Shown one piece after another: positions 18,656-30,371 of a stretch of DNA of 64,000 bases. Source of the stretch: an uncultured Phycisphaerales bacterium (GTDB lineage Bacteria > Planctomycetota > Phycisphaerae > Tepidisphaerales > Tepidisphaeraceae); NCBI GenBank assembly GCA_963844715.1, contig CAWJPJ010000006.1:1088001-1152000 (forward strand), read 5' to 3'. Within the stretch, counting starts at the first letter, position 1, and each line of letters starts with the position of its first letter. The translations under genes and the position numbers were made by a program. The notes beneath the pieces were generated by a model, which ran no database searches, had not been told where the DNA came from, and was given only the letters and a program-made list of their open reading frames with translations.

Positions 18656-19019
18656 TTTACGTCCTGTTTTGGTCTCAGGACTCTTCTGTTTTTTGCGAGC
18701 CGGCGCCTTCCCTCGCGTGCCTGCCCGCGGTCGAACCGAACCTTCGCACCCCGTACTATTTCCGCCGGCAATTCGATCGCCCGGACGGGCGATGCCTAAC
18801 TCGTGTGGGGAGTATCACAATCAGCGCCGACTCACACAATGGTAAAATAGCACCAGAGGCTCAATTATTGGCCCTTAAAACAAGCCCCCCGGCAAGAATT
18901 GCTTTGCTATGCGGGAATCGCGATAAACTGGGGAAACTTTGCGCCGTAATTCGCGATTCCGCAAATCCCTTTACTCTTCCCCAACTTCACAATCCCCCGT
19001 TTGCCGCAACCAAAGTCTG

Positions 19020-19406
19020 TTACGCCCGTTGCGCGATTCCCGACGCCACTTCGAACGTGACGCCGGGGAAAATCGTCGCATTCACGAGCAACCCCACGGT
19101 GATCGGCCCGTCTCCCAAATCAATTGCATCATCGTTTTGCGGAATCCCGACGATGATCGGCAAACCCGCTCGGATCACTATCGTCGTATCATTCGCAAAC
19201 AGCGCCCGCCCCTGCACAATTCGAGGCGGTCCAAAAATCGGCGCAACAAATCCCCCGCCGCTCGGCACCGTGTACACCTTGCGGGCTTGGCCCCGTACAA
19301 ACGCGTGAATCATCTGCCCGACTGGCCCATCGTATGGGACGGCGGTTTGAAGCAGCAATTCGTAATTCGTATTCGCCGGAGCGAACACGACTGAATTGGA
19401 ATTCAC
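19020..19406 (-). CDS. Hypothetical beta-rich protein (128 aa)
   Basis: Protein-like composition, co-oriented with the upstream genes; no family recognised. Confidence 0.65.
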   Translation of the reverse strand: MNSNSVVFAPANTNYELLLQTAVPYDGPVGQMIHAFVRGQARKVYTVPSGGGFVAPIFGPPRIVQGRALFANDTTIVIRAGLPIIVGIPQNDDAIDLGDGPITVGLLVNATIFPGVTFEVASGIAQRA

Positions 19407-19502
19407 ACTTGTGACTTTGCCCCGTGCCGGAAAATCATTTGCGCCTTGGCATGCTGCTCCTGAAATAACGTGCTGGAAATGTAACCGCGAGCCGGCCTCG
19501 TC

Positions 19503-21059
19503 TCAACCACTCGGCTCCGCGGAGCGAATCCACTGGGCCCACATCCGGCGATAGGCCGACTCGACGTTCCGCGCGAACCGTGGGCCGTCCATCAGGGGCG
19601 ATTTCTCGATGCGCCGCCGTAAGCCCGACCGCAGCTCGGCGAGTTTTGACAAATTCCCGGCCAGGCTCACCGCAATATCGATGAACTCCCGATCCGACCT
19701 TGCCGCCAATTCGGCCAGACCCAGATTGTTCAACTGGCTCCAACCCGCGCGTCCCACCACGGTTTCGCCCACGCGAGTCACAACCGGAACGCCCATCCAA
19801 AAGGCGTCCAGGCTGGTTGTGTGCCCGTTATAGGGAAGCGTATCAAGCCCGATGTCGATTCGATGATAAGTTTGGCGATATTGGAGAGCTTCCTGAAACG
19901 GGACAAACTCCACGCGCTCAGCGGACACGCCAAGCCGGCTTAAAATTCGCTTTCGAGTTTCGCCCGGCGGATAAAGCATGACCAGACGTGATCCGCTGAC
20001 GGCTGCAAGAACCGGCGCCCAAAGCTCCAGCGTGCGATCGGTGATTTTCCGCGATATGTTCAAACATCCGAACGTCACAAACCCGCTCTTCAGCGCCGGC
20101 AGCTCATTCACCGGCGGCTCAAATCGAAGGGGATGGTAGCACCAGAAGGTTTCGGGAAGGCGAACCGATCTTTCAGAGTAATAGTCGTCCCCTTCCCCGG
20201 GCGGATCAAGAAAAGGATCGGTGAGCCGGTAGTCGATCGCGCTCTAAGCCGGTGGTTCCCGGGTAAGCCAACCAGGAGACTTGCACCGGGGCCGGACGGT
20301 GCGCAAACAGAAAGGGCCGCGCTGCGGCCATGTGCATTGTCAAATCCACCAGGATGTCGATTCCGTCATCGCGAATTATCCTTGCGACTTCCGCGTCGCT
20401 TTTACCGAGGCAATCGCGCCAAACATCGGCGAGCCGGCGAAATTGCAGCGTGTTGTGGTCCGGATTCAACACGCTCGCATAACAATGAATCTCAAATGAC
20501 TCGCGAGAGTGATTCGATAGGAGCGGAGAGGTGAAATAGGCCTGGCAGTGCCGCCGAAAATCGGGCGAAACGTAACCCACGCGCAAACGGCGATCCTCCG
20601 AGCGATCGTTGGAATAAGGCGGCGATGATTGCGTCAGCGGCGCGGCGAAGCGCTCGTTCCAGCGAGCGTGCTCGCGCGGATCGAGGCCATGTCCTGTTTC
20701 GGATCGAAATAGAGATGGAAAAGCCGGTTCGATTGAACGATTTGATTGTTCGGGGCCGATTCCAACAGCGGGCGCTCGAAGCGCTCCGCCTCGTCGAATC
20801 GTGCCAAGTCCCGCAGGCAAACGGTCAGACCGATGGGCGCCTCGACGGAATTCGAATCGAATTTAAGCGCCTGTTGAAAGCAGGCAATGGCTTCCTCGGG
20901 CCGGCCTTTGCCGCGCATCGCCAGGCCCAGGCCGACATTCGCCGAAGGCAAATCGGGGCGCAACTTCAACGCCTGCCGCAAATGGGGAATCGCCTCATCC
21001 CATTTTTGCGACTTGAGCAAGGCCTCGGCGGATGCCAATTCGTCGTTGACCATATTCAT
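19503..21059 (-). CDS. TPR plus GT41 (SPINDLY/O-GlcNAc transferase-like) protein, copy 3 (frameshifted)
   Basis: Short TPR region; LRVGYVSPDFRRHCQ; DILVDLTMHM; PAPVQVSWLAYPGTTG; VTFGCLN..RKI; DTLPYNGHTTSLDAFWMGVPVVT. Confidence 0.88.
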
Positions 21060-23107
21060 GGCTTGCCGGTCCGGCACCAGTCCACCCACATCCGCCGATA
21101 GGCGGCTTCCATGTTCCGCGCGAACCGTGGGCCGTCCATCAGGGGCGACTTTTCCATCCGCCCGCGCATAGTCGCCCGTAGATGCGCCGGTCGCGGGATA
21201 TCACCGGCCAAATTTGCCGCAATATGGACGAACTCTTCATCCGTCCTGCCCGCCAATTCGGTCAGGCCCAAATTGTTTAGTTGACTCCACCCCGCGCGCC
21301 CCACCACGGTGTCGCCCACGCGCGTCACCACGGGTACGCCCATCCAGAACGAATCGAGACTCGTGGTGTGTCCGTTATAGGGAAGGGTATCCAATCCCAC
21401 GTCGATTCGGTGATACATATCCCGGTAATCCTGCCGCGTCTGGAACGGGACGAAGTCGACGCGATCGGCGGGCACGCCGAGCTTTTCCAAAACCCGTCCC
21501 CTGCCTTCGCCCGGCGCATACATCATGATTAGCCGAGAATTGCCGACCGCTGCCAGAACCTTCGACCATAATTTCAACGTCCGATCGTTGATCTTGCGCG
21601 TCGCGTTCAAGCACCCGAATGTTACAAACCCATTTTGCGACGCTGGCGACGCCTTCACCGCGGGGTTTCGCTCCAACGGGTCATAGCACCAGAACGTATC
21701 CGGGAGCCGAATAGACTTCTCGCTATAGAATTCATCCCCCACCCCCGGCGGATCCAGATAAGGATCGGTGATTCGATAATCGATCGCCGTCAGCCCCGTC
21801 GTCCCGGGATACGCCAGCCAGGTGACCTGAACCGGCGCCGGCTTGCGCACAAAAAGCAGCGGACGCCCGAACGCCATGTGCATCGTTAAATCAACCAGCA
21901 CGTCGATGCCATCGGCTCGCACCATCTCCGCGATTTCCTCATCCGATTTGGTGACGCAATCGCGCCAAACATCGGCATAGGTCCTAAAATTCGCGGTATT
22001 CTGATCCGGATCCAGCACGCTCGCGTAGCAAAAAATCTCAAACGCCTTGTGGTCGTGGTTCGATAGGAGCGGAACCGTGAAATAAGTCTGACAATGCCGC
22101 CGAAAATCGGGTGAAACATATCCGATCCTCAGGCGGCGGGTGGGCGTTGGATCGTTGGCGTGAGGTTTGGCCGCTCGTGTTAGCTCCGCCGCGAATCGCT
22201 CGTTCCAACGCGCGTGCTCTTGGTAAATGGATCGCGCAGTCCTGACCAGGATCGAAATAAAGATGAAACAGACGATTCCCGTAAAGCGTCTGATTTTCGG
22301 GCTCGACGTTTAGGACGAATTGCTCGATCTCCGCCGCCTCTTCGGGTCTGCCGACATCCCGAAGGCAAACAACCAGACTGATGGCCGCGCTGGCCAATTG
22401 CGGATTGATTCGCATCGCTTCTTTATACGAAGCGATCGCCTCGTCCGGCCGCCCTCCCCGCGGAAGGCGCCGCCTAAATTCATATGCGCATTGGCCAGAT
22501 CAGGCTTCAACTCGATGGCTCGCCGGGCGTGGGGAATCGCCTTGTCCCAGCGCCTCAGTTCGATGAGCGCGTTGGCAAGATTGTTTTGGCAATCGGCGCG
22601 ATCCGGGGCGATCTCGACAGCTCGGGTCAGATAACGGATCGCCTCTTGCACCCGCTTCTGTAACGCCAGCGTGACCCCCAGTTCGTTATATGCGTCGCAA
22701 TAATCCGCCTGGAGGTCGATCGCTTTTTTGAGCGAGTCGGTGGCGCCGATGGGGTCGCCGCTGATCCTCAGGGTCAGCCCAAGCAAATACCACGACGGCG
22801 CGAAATCCGGTCGAACCGCCAGGGACTCCCGCAGCGCCCTGGCGGCATCGCCCCACCGGCCCAGCCCATTGAACGCGACACCCAGATTGTAAAGCGCATC
22901 GTGCGCGTTGGGATCGGCCTTGGCCGCTCGCTCCAACCACCCAACCGCCTCTTGCGGTCGCCCGGCCTGAAAAGCCGCGACCCCCGCGAAAAGGAGCCGG
23001 CGCAATCTCGCCGTGCTCTGCCACGACGCGCCGCGCAACCGCCTCCCCCTCGCCCAGCGCCCGGCGGTCAGATGCGTCCTGGCCAGTTCCAAATCATCTT
23101 GAATCAT
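21056..23107 (-). CDS. TPR plus GT41 (SPINDLY/O-GlcNAc transferase-like) protein, copy 2 (frameshifted)
   Basis: Longest TPR array (ALYNLGVAF, AYNELGVTL, CQNNLANAL, AHMNLGGAF) and the same GT41 motifs; its stop overlaps the start of copy 3. Confidence 0.88.
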
Positions 23108-23109
23108 GT

Positions 23110-24955
23110 TCAGGCCCGCCCCGAGCGGCACCAGTTCGCCCACATCTGCCGATACGCAGCCTCGACATTTTTCGCGAATCGCGCCGCATCCATCAGTGGC
23201 GATTTTTCCATCCGGTTCCTCAGCGTCGCCCGAAGCTCCGACAATCGCGGCAGGTCCCGCGCCAAATCTGCCGCGATCTTCGCAAACTCCGCGTCGGTCT
23301 TGGCGGCCAGCTCGGTCAATTTCAGATTATTCAACTGGCTCCAACCCGCCCCCGACAATCGTCTCCCCCATCCTCGTCACCACCGGCACGCCCATCCAAA
23401 ACGAATCCAAACTTGTCGTATGTCCGTTGTAAGGCAGCGTATCCAACCCGATATCGATGCGCCGGTAAGTCAGGAAGTACAGATTGCGCAGTTGATACGC
23501 CACGAATTCCACTCTCTGCGGCTCGACTCCCAACCGCTCGACGATCCGATCGCGCCCGTCCCAGGCGGAAAGAGCATTAATAAATGCGAATCCGGAACCG
23601 CCGCCAGCACCGATTTCCAAAGGTCCAGCGTTCGTTCGGTGATCTTTCGCGAAGCGTTCAGACATCCAAACGTGACATAGCCGCGCAATAGCGCCGGCAA
23701 CGGATCGACGGCCGGCTCGCGCCGAGCGGATCGTAACACCAAAACGTATCGGCGAGCCGAACCGATTTCTCGCTATAGTTTTCATCCCCCTGCCCCGGCG
23801 GATCGAGATAGGGATCGGTCAGCCGATAGTCAATCGCGGTCTGCCCGGTCGTTCCGGGGTAGGCCAGCCAGGCTACTTGAATGGGGGCGGGTTTACGGGC
23901 AAAAAGAAGGGGACGCCCGTTGGCCATGTGCTGGGTCAAATCGACCAAAATATCGATCCCGTCGGCGCGGACCATCGCGGCCACCTCCGCGTCGGATTTG
24001 CCGAGGCAATCCCGCCACACGTCCGCATGCTGCTGAATCCGCCGCGTGTTTTCATCCCGCTCGATTACGCTCGAATAGCAGTAAATCTCAAACGCCGCGC
24101 GATCGTGATTCGACAGAAGCGGAATCGTGAAAAAGGCCTGGCAGTGCCTGTGAAAATCGGGCGAGACGTACCCGATCTTCAGCCGCCGCGTCCCCGATCG
24201 ATCGTTCCCCGGCGGCGGCATCGAGCCATGTAATGGCGCGGCGAATTTCTTGTTCCACTGCGCATGTTCCCGATAGATCGACCTGCCGTCCTGATTCGGC
24301 TCGAAATAAAGATTGAAGAGGCGATTGGCATTGGCAATCGACGGATTCCACCCCTGCGCGATGAGTTGATCTTCGATTTCCTTCGCCTCCTCGCGCTGCC
24401 CAACCTCGCGAAGCGAGACGATCATATTCATGGCCGAATCCATTAATCCCGGATTCAGTTTCAGCGCCATTCGATAATGCTCGGCCGCCTTTTCCGGTTC
24501 ACCCTTGCCTTGATAGGCATTGCCCAAATTCCCGTGCACTGGGCAAGATCGGATCGCAGTTCCAGCGCCCGCCGCAGGTACGGAATCGCTTCGTCCCACC
24601 TCCGCAACTCAACCAGGGCATTGGCAAGATTATTGTGCGCCTCGGCCCGGCCTGGATGGAGTTCCACGACGCGCCGCAACGTCTCAACCGCCTCGGCCAG
24701 ACGCCGCTGCATCGCCAGCGTCACGCCCAAATCGTTCAGCGGCTCAAAGGAATCGGCGTTCTGCTCAACCGCGCGCCTCGGCGCTTCGACCGCCCCAGCA
24801 AGGTCTCCCAACGAGCGCAATGCGATCCCGAACAAATACCACGCCACCGGATTCTGCGGCTTGGCCAGCACGATCTCGCGGAGCTTGACCGCCGCCTCCC
24901 GCGTTCGGCCCGCGGCCCAATATTCCTGCGCGACCTGTAATTCCCGGTCCACCAT
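23110..24955 (-). CDS. TPR plus GT41 (SPINDLY/O-GlcNAc transferase-like) protein, copy 1 (frameshifted)
   Basis: TPRs (AHNNLANAL, HGNLGNAY); LKIGYVSPDFHRHCQ; PAPIQVAWLAYPGTTG; DTLPYNGHTTSLDSFWMGVPVVT. Confidence 0.88.
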
Positions 24956-25085
24956 GGCGACAAGCTCATCTTAGCATTCGTCCCGCATCGGGTCGAAAGC
25001 GCAAGATCGGCGCGGAAGCCTCCGCGCCATCTTTGGATTGTTGATGGAATACCCGGAAATGACCGACAGGCCCGCGGACGATAGC

Positions 25086-25874
25086 TCACACCGGCGCGGC
25101 CTGCTGAAATTCCTTGCGGCGATCGGCCATCTGCGCCTTCAGCCGCGCCAGGATCGAGCTGTGCATCTGGCTCACGCGCGATTCGCTCAAATCCAGCGTC
25201 GCGCCGATCTCCTTCATGGTCATCTCCTCGAAGTAATAGAGGATGATGATCAATCGCTCCGCGCGCGACAATCCCTTGGTGATCAGCTCCTTGAGATCCT
25301 TCCGCTGAATCTCGCGCACCGGGTCGGCCCCGCGCTTGTCTTCCAAGACATCGATCTCACGCACGTCCTTGTTACTGTCCGTTTCGAACCACTTGCGCGA
25401 CAGCGAGACCAATCCCACCGCGCTGGCGTCCTTGGCCATTTTTTCGAACTCGGCCAGGGAAACCTGTAGCCGACCGGCGATCTCGACATTCGTTGGAATC
25501 CGCCCCAGCTCGGTCTCCAGCGCCTTGGTCGCCGTATCCAGGCGATGCGCTCTCGACCTGACCAGGCGCGGGACCCAGTCCATCGAGCGCAATTCGTCCA
25601 GTATCGCCCCACGAATGCGCGGCGCGCAATACGTCTCGAATTTCACGCCGCGGTTCAGATCGAACGCGTTGATGGCGTCCATCAGCCCGAAGATGCCGGC
25701 CGACATCAGGTCGTCCAGCTCGACTTCATCGGGAAGCTTGATGTGAATCCGCTCGGCGTTGTAGCGCACGAGATGGAGGTAATGCTCCATCAGCGTGTTT
25801 CGCAACGCCTCGGTTTTGTGCTTCTTGTAATCGGTCCATACCTGTTTGATGTCCTTGACCGTCGACTTGGCCAT
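25086..25874 (-). CDS. fliA: RNA polymerase sigma-28 factor (FliA/WhiG)
   Basis: DDLMSAGIFGLMDAI..FD..RGVKFETYC..RIRGAILDELRSMDWVPR; TMKEIGATLDLSESRVSQMH. Confidence 0.96.
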   Translation of the reverse strand: MAKSTVKDIKQVWTDYKKHKTEALRNTLMEHYLHLVRYNAERIHIKLPDEVELDDLMSAGIFGLMDAINAFDLNRGVKFETYCAPRIRGAILDELRSMDWVPRLVRSRAHRLDTATKALETELGRIPTNVEIAGRLQVSLAEFEKMAKDASAVGLVSLSRKWFETDSNKDVREIDVLEDKRGADPVREIQRKDLKELITKGLSRAERLIIILYYFEEMTMKEIGATLDLSESRVSQMHSSILARLKAQMADRRKEFQQAAPV

Positions 25875-25967
25875 GAGACCTCCCGTTCCATGGGTCCTGA
25901 ACGTGGTTGGCATTTTCGTCGCGCGCTCCTATGTAAAAATGCGGTCTAGGGATTGAGCCAATTTTCT

Positions 25968-26213
25968 TTATCGGTCACCCGGCGTCGGGTGGGATGAGCT
26001 TTTCTTTAGTTTTTCCGCCTCCTGACGAAGATTTTCATCGAGCATTTTGCGGGCCATGCTGCCGACGACAAGTCCGATAACCAGGGTCGCCAGCATTGCC
26101 ACTACCGCCCGCCCAACCGTCGTGGCAAACGAGTTCCCGGCCTCGAGGCCTCCGACCACCAGGCAAACGGCAAAGGCAAGGAACGCCATCGAGCAGGCAA
26201 TTCTTTGTGTCAT
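25968..26213 (-). CDS. Small two-transmembrane hypothetical protein
   Basis: Two hydrophobic helices and a charged tail; tightly packed between flhG and fliA, with a GGAG RBS. Confidence 0.7.
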   Translation of the reverse strand: MTQRIACSMAFLAFAVCLVVGGLEAGNSFATTVGRAVVAMLATLVIGLVVGSMARKMLDENLRQEAEKLKKSSSHPTPGDR

Positions 26214-26223
26214 GGGTCTCCTG

Positions 26224-27075
26224 TCACTTTCTGAACCATCGGCTCATCCGATTAAAGAACCCGCCGGGCACCGCCGGACCGATCCCGCGCTGCAAGCGCA
26301 TCGCCAATTGACCGATCCCCTGGCTCGCCGGGCACCTGGGGCTGGCGAGCAAAAACGGCGTCCGCCGCCGCACCGCGGCCGGAACCTCGGGGTCGGTCGG
26401 CACATATCCAGCATCCTGCACGGCAACGCCGAGGAATTGCTTGGCAACCTTGGCGATTCGCTCGTAAACCAGCCGGCCCTCGTCCGGTCTCTGCACTTGA
26501 TTCACCAGCAGACTCAGCGGCCGATCCGGCGCATCCCGGCTGATAACCTTGATTACTGCATAGGCGTCCGTGATGGCCGTCGGCTCGGGGGTCGTCACGA
26601 CCAAAATCTCATCGGCGCAGCGCGTAAAACTCAGCACATTGGGACTGATCCCCGCGCCGGTATCGATGAGAATCACATCCGTGCGCGATTCCAATTCCGC
26701 CAGCGAATCGACCAGCTTCTGGCGGTCCTGATCCGTCAGATCCGCCATCCGCGCCAGCCCCGATGCGCCGCCGATCAACCGGAATCCGCCGGGCGCTTCG
26801 ACCATGACTTCCGCCAGCTCCTTGCGTCGCGCGATAACGTGCGAAAGATTCGATGGCAAGTCGATGTTGCACAGCACGTCCGCGTTCGCCAACCCCAGAT
26901 CGGCATCCATCAGCACGACTTCCTTGCCGGCCGACGCTAATTTGATCGCCAGATTCACGGCGATGTTGCTCTTTCCGACGCCCCCTTTGCCGCTGGTGAC
27001 GGCGATCACGGTAGCGCCCGTGTTCTGCCGCGCCAGCCGCCGAAGCTGCGTTGCTTGATCCACGGCCATAGTCAT
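26224..27075 (-). CDS. flhG: Flagellar number regulator, MinD-like ATPase (FlhG/FleN)
   Basis: DQATQLR N-terminal motif, SGKGGVGKS, DADLGLAN, DTGAGIS, TTPEPTAITDAYA. Confidence 0.93.
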   Translation of the reverse strand: MTMAVDQATQLRRLARQNTGATVIAVTSGKGGVGKSNIAVNLAIKLASAGKEVVLMDADLGLANADVLCNIDLPSNLSHVIARRKELAEVMVEAPGGFRLIGGASGLARMADLTDQDRQKLVDSLAELESRTDVILIDTGAGISPNVLSFTRCADEILVVTTPEPTAITDAYAVIKVISRDAPDRPLSLLVNQVQRPDEGRLVYERIAKVAKQFLGVAVQDAGYVPTDPEVPAAVRRRTPFLLASPRCPASQGIGQLAMRLQRGIGPAVPGGFFNRMSRWFRK

Positions 27076-28231
27076 CGTCCGGCCATCCTTTCCAATCCCA
27101 GGATCAACTCCGCCAGCTTGCGGCCCCGCCCCACTTCGATGTCGTCAGGCACGTCTTGGCCGGTCGTGACATACGAAATGCTCTTGTTCACCTTTCGCAC
27201 AACGTTGAGCACCGTCCCGACGTGGGCCGCCTCATCGAGCTTGGTGAAAATGATCTTGTCGGCGCGAACGTCTGAAAAACGGTTGATCGCCAGTTCCACG
27301 CACGGCTGGCTTGCCGTCGTCGACAGCACCAGATGCACTTCATCGGGCCGGGCGGCGGCGAGGAAGCCTTTTAGTTCGCTCAGCTTGAGCGCATCGTTCG
27401 GGCTGCGCCCGGCGGTGTCGATCAAGATGAAATCGCAATCCCGCATCGACGCCACGGCTTTGCGCAATTCCTCGGGCGAATTGGTCACGCTCAATGGCGA
27501 ATCGATGATGTCCGCATATTTCCGAAGCTGGTCGATCGCGGCGATGCGATAAGTATCAATTGTGATCAGCCCGACGCGCCGATGATCGCGCAATTTCAAA
27601 TTCGCGGCCAGCTTCGCAATCGTCGTCGTCTTTCCCACCCCGGTTGGCCCGATGAGCGCGACCACGTGCGGCCCGGCGGCTTTGTTTCGCACGATCGGCC
27701 CCGCCGAGGGAAGCAGCCGCTCGATGTGCTCCGCCATGCGGCTGAGAACGAGTTCCTTCTGCCGCGCCTGGTCCGGCCTGATCTGCCGCCCGACTTGCTT
27801 GACGATCTCAGATGCCAGTTCCGCGCTGACCTGATTATCCACCAGATGGGTGTAATATTCCGCGAATTCCTCGGGAATCTGCGGGCAACGCTGGGCCCGG
27901 GTCTGATCGACCAGGCCCTTCACCATCGCCTTGAGGCTGCTCATCTCCTGGCTTAAGCCGACCATGGCCGCCCCCTGAACCGCAGGCGATTCCAAAAGCT
28001 TGCGCCCGGCATTTCAGATCGCATGGGAGCGGGTTGCGGTCGCCGCGCCGCTCGGGAACCTGAAGCCCGCGGCCGGCCGTCACCTCGACGACATCCCGGC
28101 GCCGCAAGCCCATCCAGTGCCGCCGCTGATAGGTGCCGCGTGTGCAGGATCACCGCGCCGGAGCCCATCGACGACTTCACCTGCTCCAGCGCCTCTTTCA
28201 TTGACGCAGCCTGAAACGTTTTCAAATCCAT
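27072..28231 (-). CDS. flhF: Flagellar SRP-type GTPase FlhF (frameshifted near 28135 and 28000)
   Basis: MDLKTFQAASMKEALEQVK; GPTGVGKTTTIAKLAA; DTYRIAA; DTAGRS; TKLDE; TTGQDVPDDI. Confidence 0.93.
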
Positions 28232-28247
28232 GGCATCTTCACCCGAT

Positions 28248-30353
28248 CTATCCGTTGACACCAACCATGGCGACGGCTTCCACCGTCACCTCGGTAACAA
28301 TTTCGTTGAATCCCAAAACCGCCATCTGCGGAATCGTATTTTCGATCATCCTTCGCATCGCCGCCCGAATCTGCGGACCGCACAAAATCACCGCCGATCG
28401 CCCCGCCTGCGTGAGTTCCGCTGCCTTGGCGGCGACCTGTTGGACGATCTTCTGCACCGTCACCGGCGGCATCGTGTTGTTCGTCCCGCGATCGGATCGC
28501 TCAAGATGACCGTTGATTAATTCCTCCAGCGCCGGGTCGAGCGTCAGGCACCAGAGCCGGTCCTTCTCGTCCACATATTGCTTGCAGATCGTTCGCGCCA
28601 AGGCGTGCCGGACGTATTCGGTCAGAACTTCCAAATCCTTGGTGCGCGTTGCGTAGTCGCCGATGGTTTCGAGAATCGTTTCCAAATCGCGCACCGGGAC
28701 GCGCTCGCGCAGGAGATTCTGCATCACCTTCTGCAATTCGCCGGGCTTGACCTGCGTGGGAATCAATTCCTCGATCAGCGCCGGCACGCGCACCTTGAGA
28801 TGATCCAGCAGGTTCTTCACATCCTGCCGGGAGAGCAATTCATTGGCATGGCTCTTGATGACTTCGGTCAGGTGCGTCGCGATGACTGCCGTGGCCTCGA
28901 CGACTGTATAGTTGAGTAGTTCCGCCTGCTGCCTCTGCGGCTCGGTGATCCAATACGCCGGCAAGCCAAACGCCGGCTCAATCGTCTGCACCGCGCCGGG
29001 GATTTTTCCGGATGTCGCCCCATTATCCATCGCCAAAAATTGCTCCGGATAGGCGACGCCCTTGCCCACTCCTTGACCCTTCAATCGCACGACATAGTCA
29101 TTGGCTCCAAGCTGCATGTTGTCGCGAATGCGCACCGGCGGGACAACGATCCCCAGATCGATGGCGATCTGCCTGCGGATTAGCCCGATCCGATCCAGCA
29201 AATCCCCGCCCTTGCTGGCATCGACGAGCCTGACCAGCCCGTACCCCACTTCCAATTCCATGGCGTCCAGATCAAGCAGTTTTTCGACCTTTTCCGGCTC
29301 CTTCTTGGCGGCTTTTTCTTTTTCCTTCGCCACGGCAACTTTCGTCGCGCGATTTTGCCCGCGCGACATCGTCAGCGCCAGCCCGGCGCAGCCCCCTCCC
29401 AACGCCAGCAGCGGAATCTTCGGCAGGCCCGTGAAAAGCAGCAGACCGAGAAACGCCGCGGAGATCACCAGCGCTTTGGGCTTTGAGAAGAGCTGTGCGA
29501 GAATCTCGTCGCCAAGGTTCGATTTGCTGCTCGTCCGGGTGACCACCAAACCCGCCGCCAGGGAGATGATGAACGCGGGAATCTGGCTGACCAGGCCGTC
29601 GCCGATGGTCAATTTTGTGTAGAGGGAAAGGCAATCCGTCAATGCCCAGCCGTGCTCGAACATGCCGACGTACAAACCGCCCAGGACGTTTACAAAAACG
29701 ATGATGATTCCCGCGATGGCGTCGCCGCGCACGAATTTGCTGGCACCGTCCATGGCCCCGTAAAAGTCGGCTTCTTGCGAGATGTCCGCCCGGCGCTTTC
29801 TGGCCTCAGCCTCGTTGATGTTCCCGGCGTTCAGATCGGCGTCGATCGCCATCTGCTTGCCGGGCATGGCGTCCAATGTGAATCGCGCGGCCACTTCCGA
29901 AATACGCGTCGCGCCTTTGGTGATCACCACGAACTGAATCACCACGATGATAATGAAGATGATGATCCCGACGGCCAGCGACCCCTTGGTGACGAAATCG
30001 GCGAACGCGAAAATCACCTGCCCAGCGCTGGAGAGAGCCGATTGGGCATCGGCCGCGCGATCCCCGGCCGTGAGAACGAGACGCACCGTCGCGACGTTCA
30101 ATACCAGCCTGAACAGCGTCGCCGAGAGGAGTAACGAAGGAAACACCGAAAATTCGAGCGGGCTGGTCACATAAATCGTCGTCACCAGCACAATGACGGA
30201 AAGCGTCAGGTTGAACGTAAGCAGCACATCCATGACGCCCGGCGGCAGCGGAATCAGGATCACCAGCAGCAAACTCACAAACGCCAGCGGGAAAATCATC
30301 CCGCGGTTTTGGTGCAGCTTGACGAGCAGAGGATTGGACGGGATCGCGGCCAT
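28248..30353 (-). CDS. flhA: Flagellar export gate protein FlhA
   Basis: FPSLLL..TLFRL.LNVA; EVAARFTLDAMPGKQMAIDADL; FYGAMDGASKFVRGDAIAG. Confidence 0.98.
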   Translation of the reverse strand: MAAIPSNPLLVKLHQNRGMIFPLAFVSLLLVILIPLPPGVMDVLLTFNLTLSVIVLVTTIYVTSPLEFSVFPSLLLSATLFRLVLNVATVRLVLTAGDRAADAQSALSSAGQVIFAFADFVTKGSLAVGIIIFIIIVVIQFVVITKGATRISEVAARFTLDAMPGKQMAIDADLNAGNINEAEARKRRADISQEADFYGAMDGASKFVRGDAIAGIIIVFVNVLGGLYVGMFEHGWALTDCLSLYTKLTIGDGLVSQIPAFIISLAAGLVVTRTSSKSNLGDEILAQLFSKPKALVISAAFLGLLLFTGLPKIPLLALGGGCAGLALTMSRGQNRATKVAVAKEKEKAAKKEPEKVEKLLDLDAMELEVGYGLVRLVDASKGGDLLDRIGLIRRQIAIDLGIVVPPVRIRDNMQLGANDYVVRLKGQGVGKGVAYPEQFLAMDNGATSGKIPGAVQTIEPAFGLPAYWITEPQRQQAELLNYTVVEATAVIATHLTEVIKSHANELLSRQDVKNLLDHLKVRVPALIEELIPTQVKPGELQKVMQNLLRERVPVRDLETILETIGDYATRTKDLEVLTEYVRHALARTICKQYVDEKDRLWCLTLDPALEELINGHLERSDRGTNNTMPPVTVQKIVQQVAAKAAELTQAGRSAVILCGPQIRAAMRRMIENTIPQMAVLGFNEIVTEVTVEAVAMVGVNG

Positions 30354-30371
30354 GATTCGTTACTGATCGCC

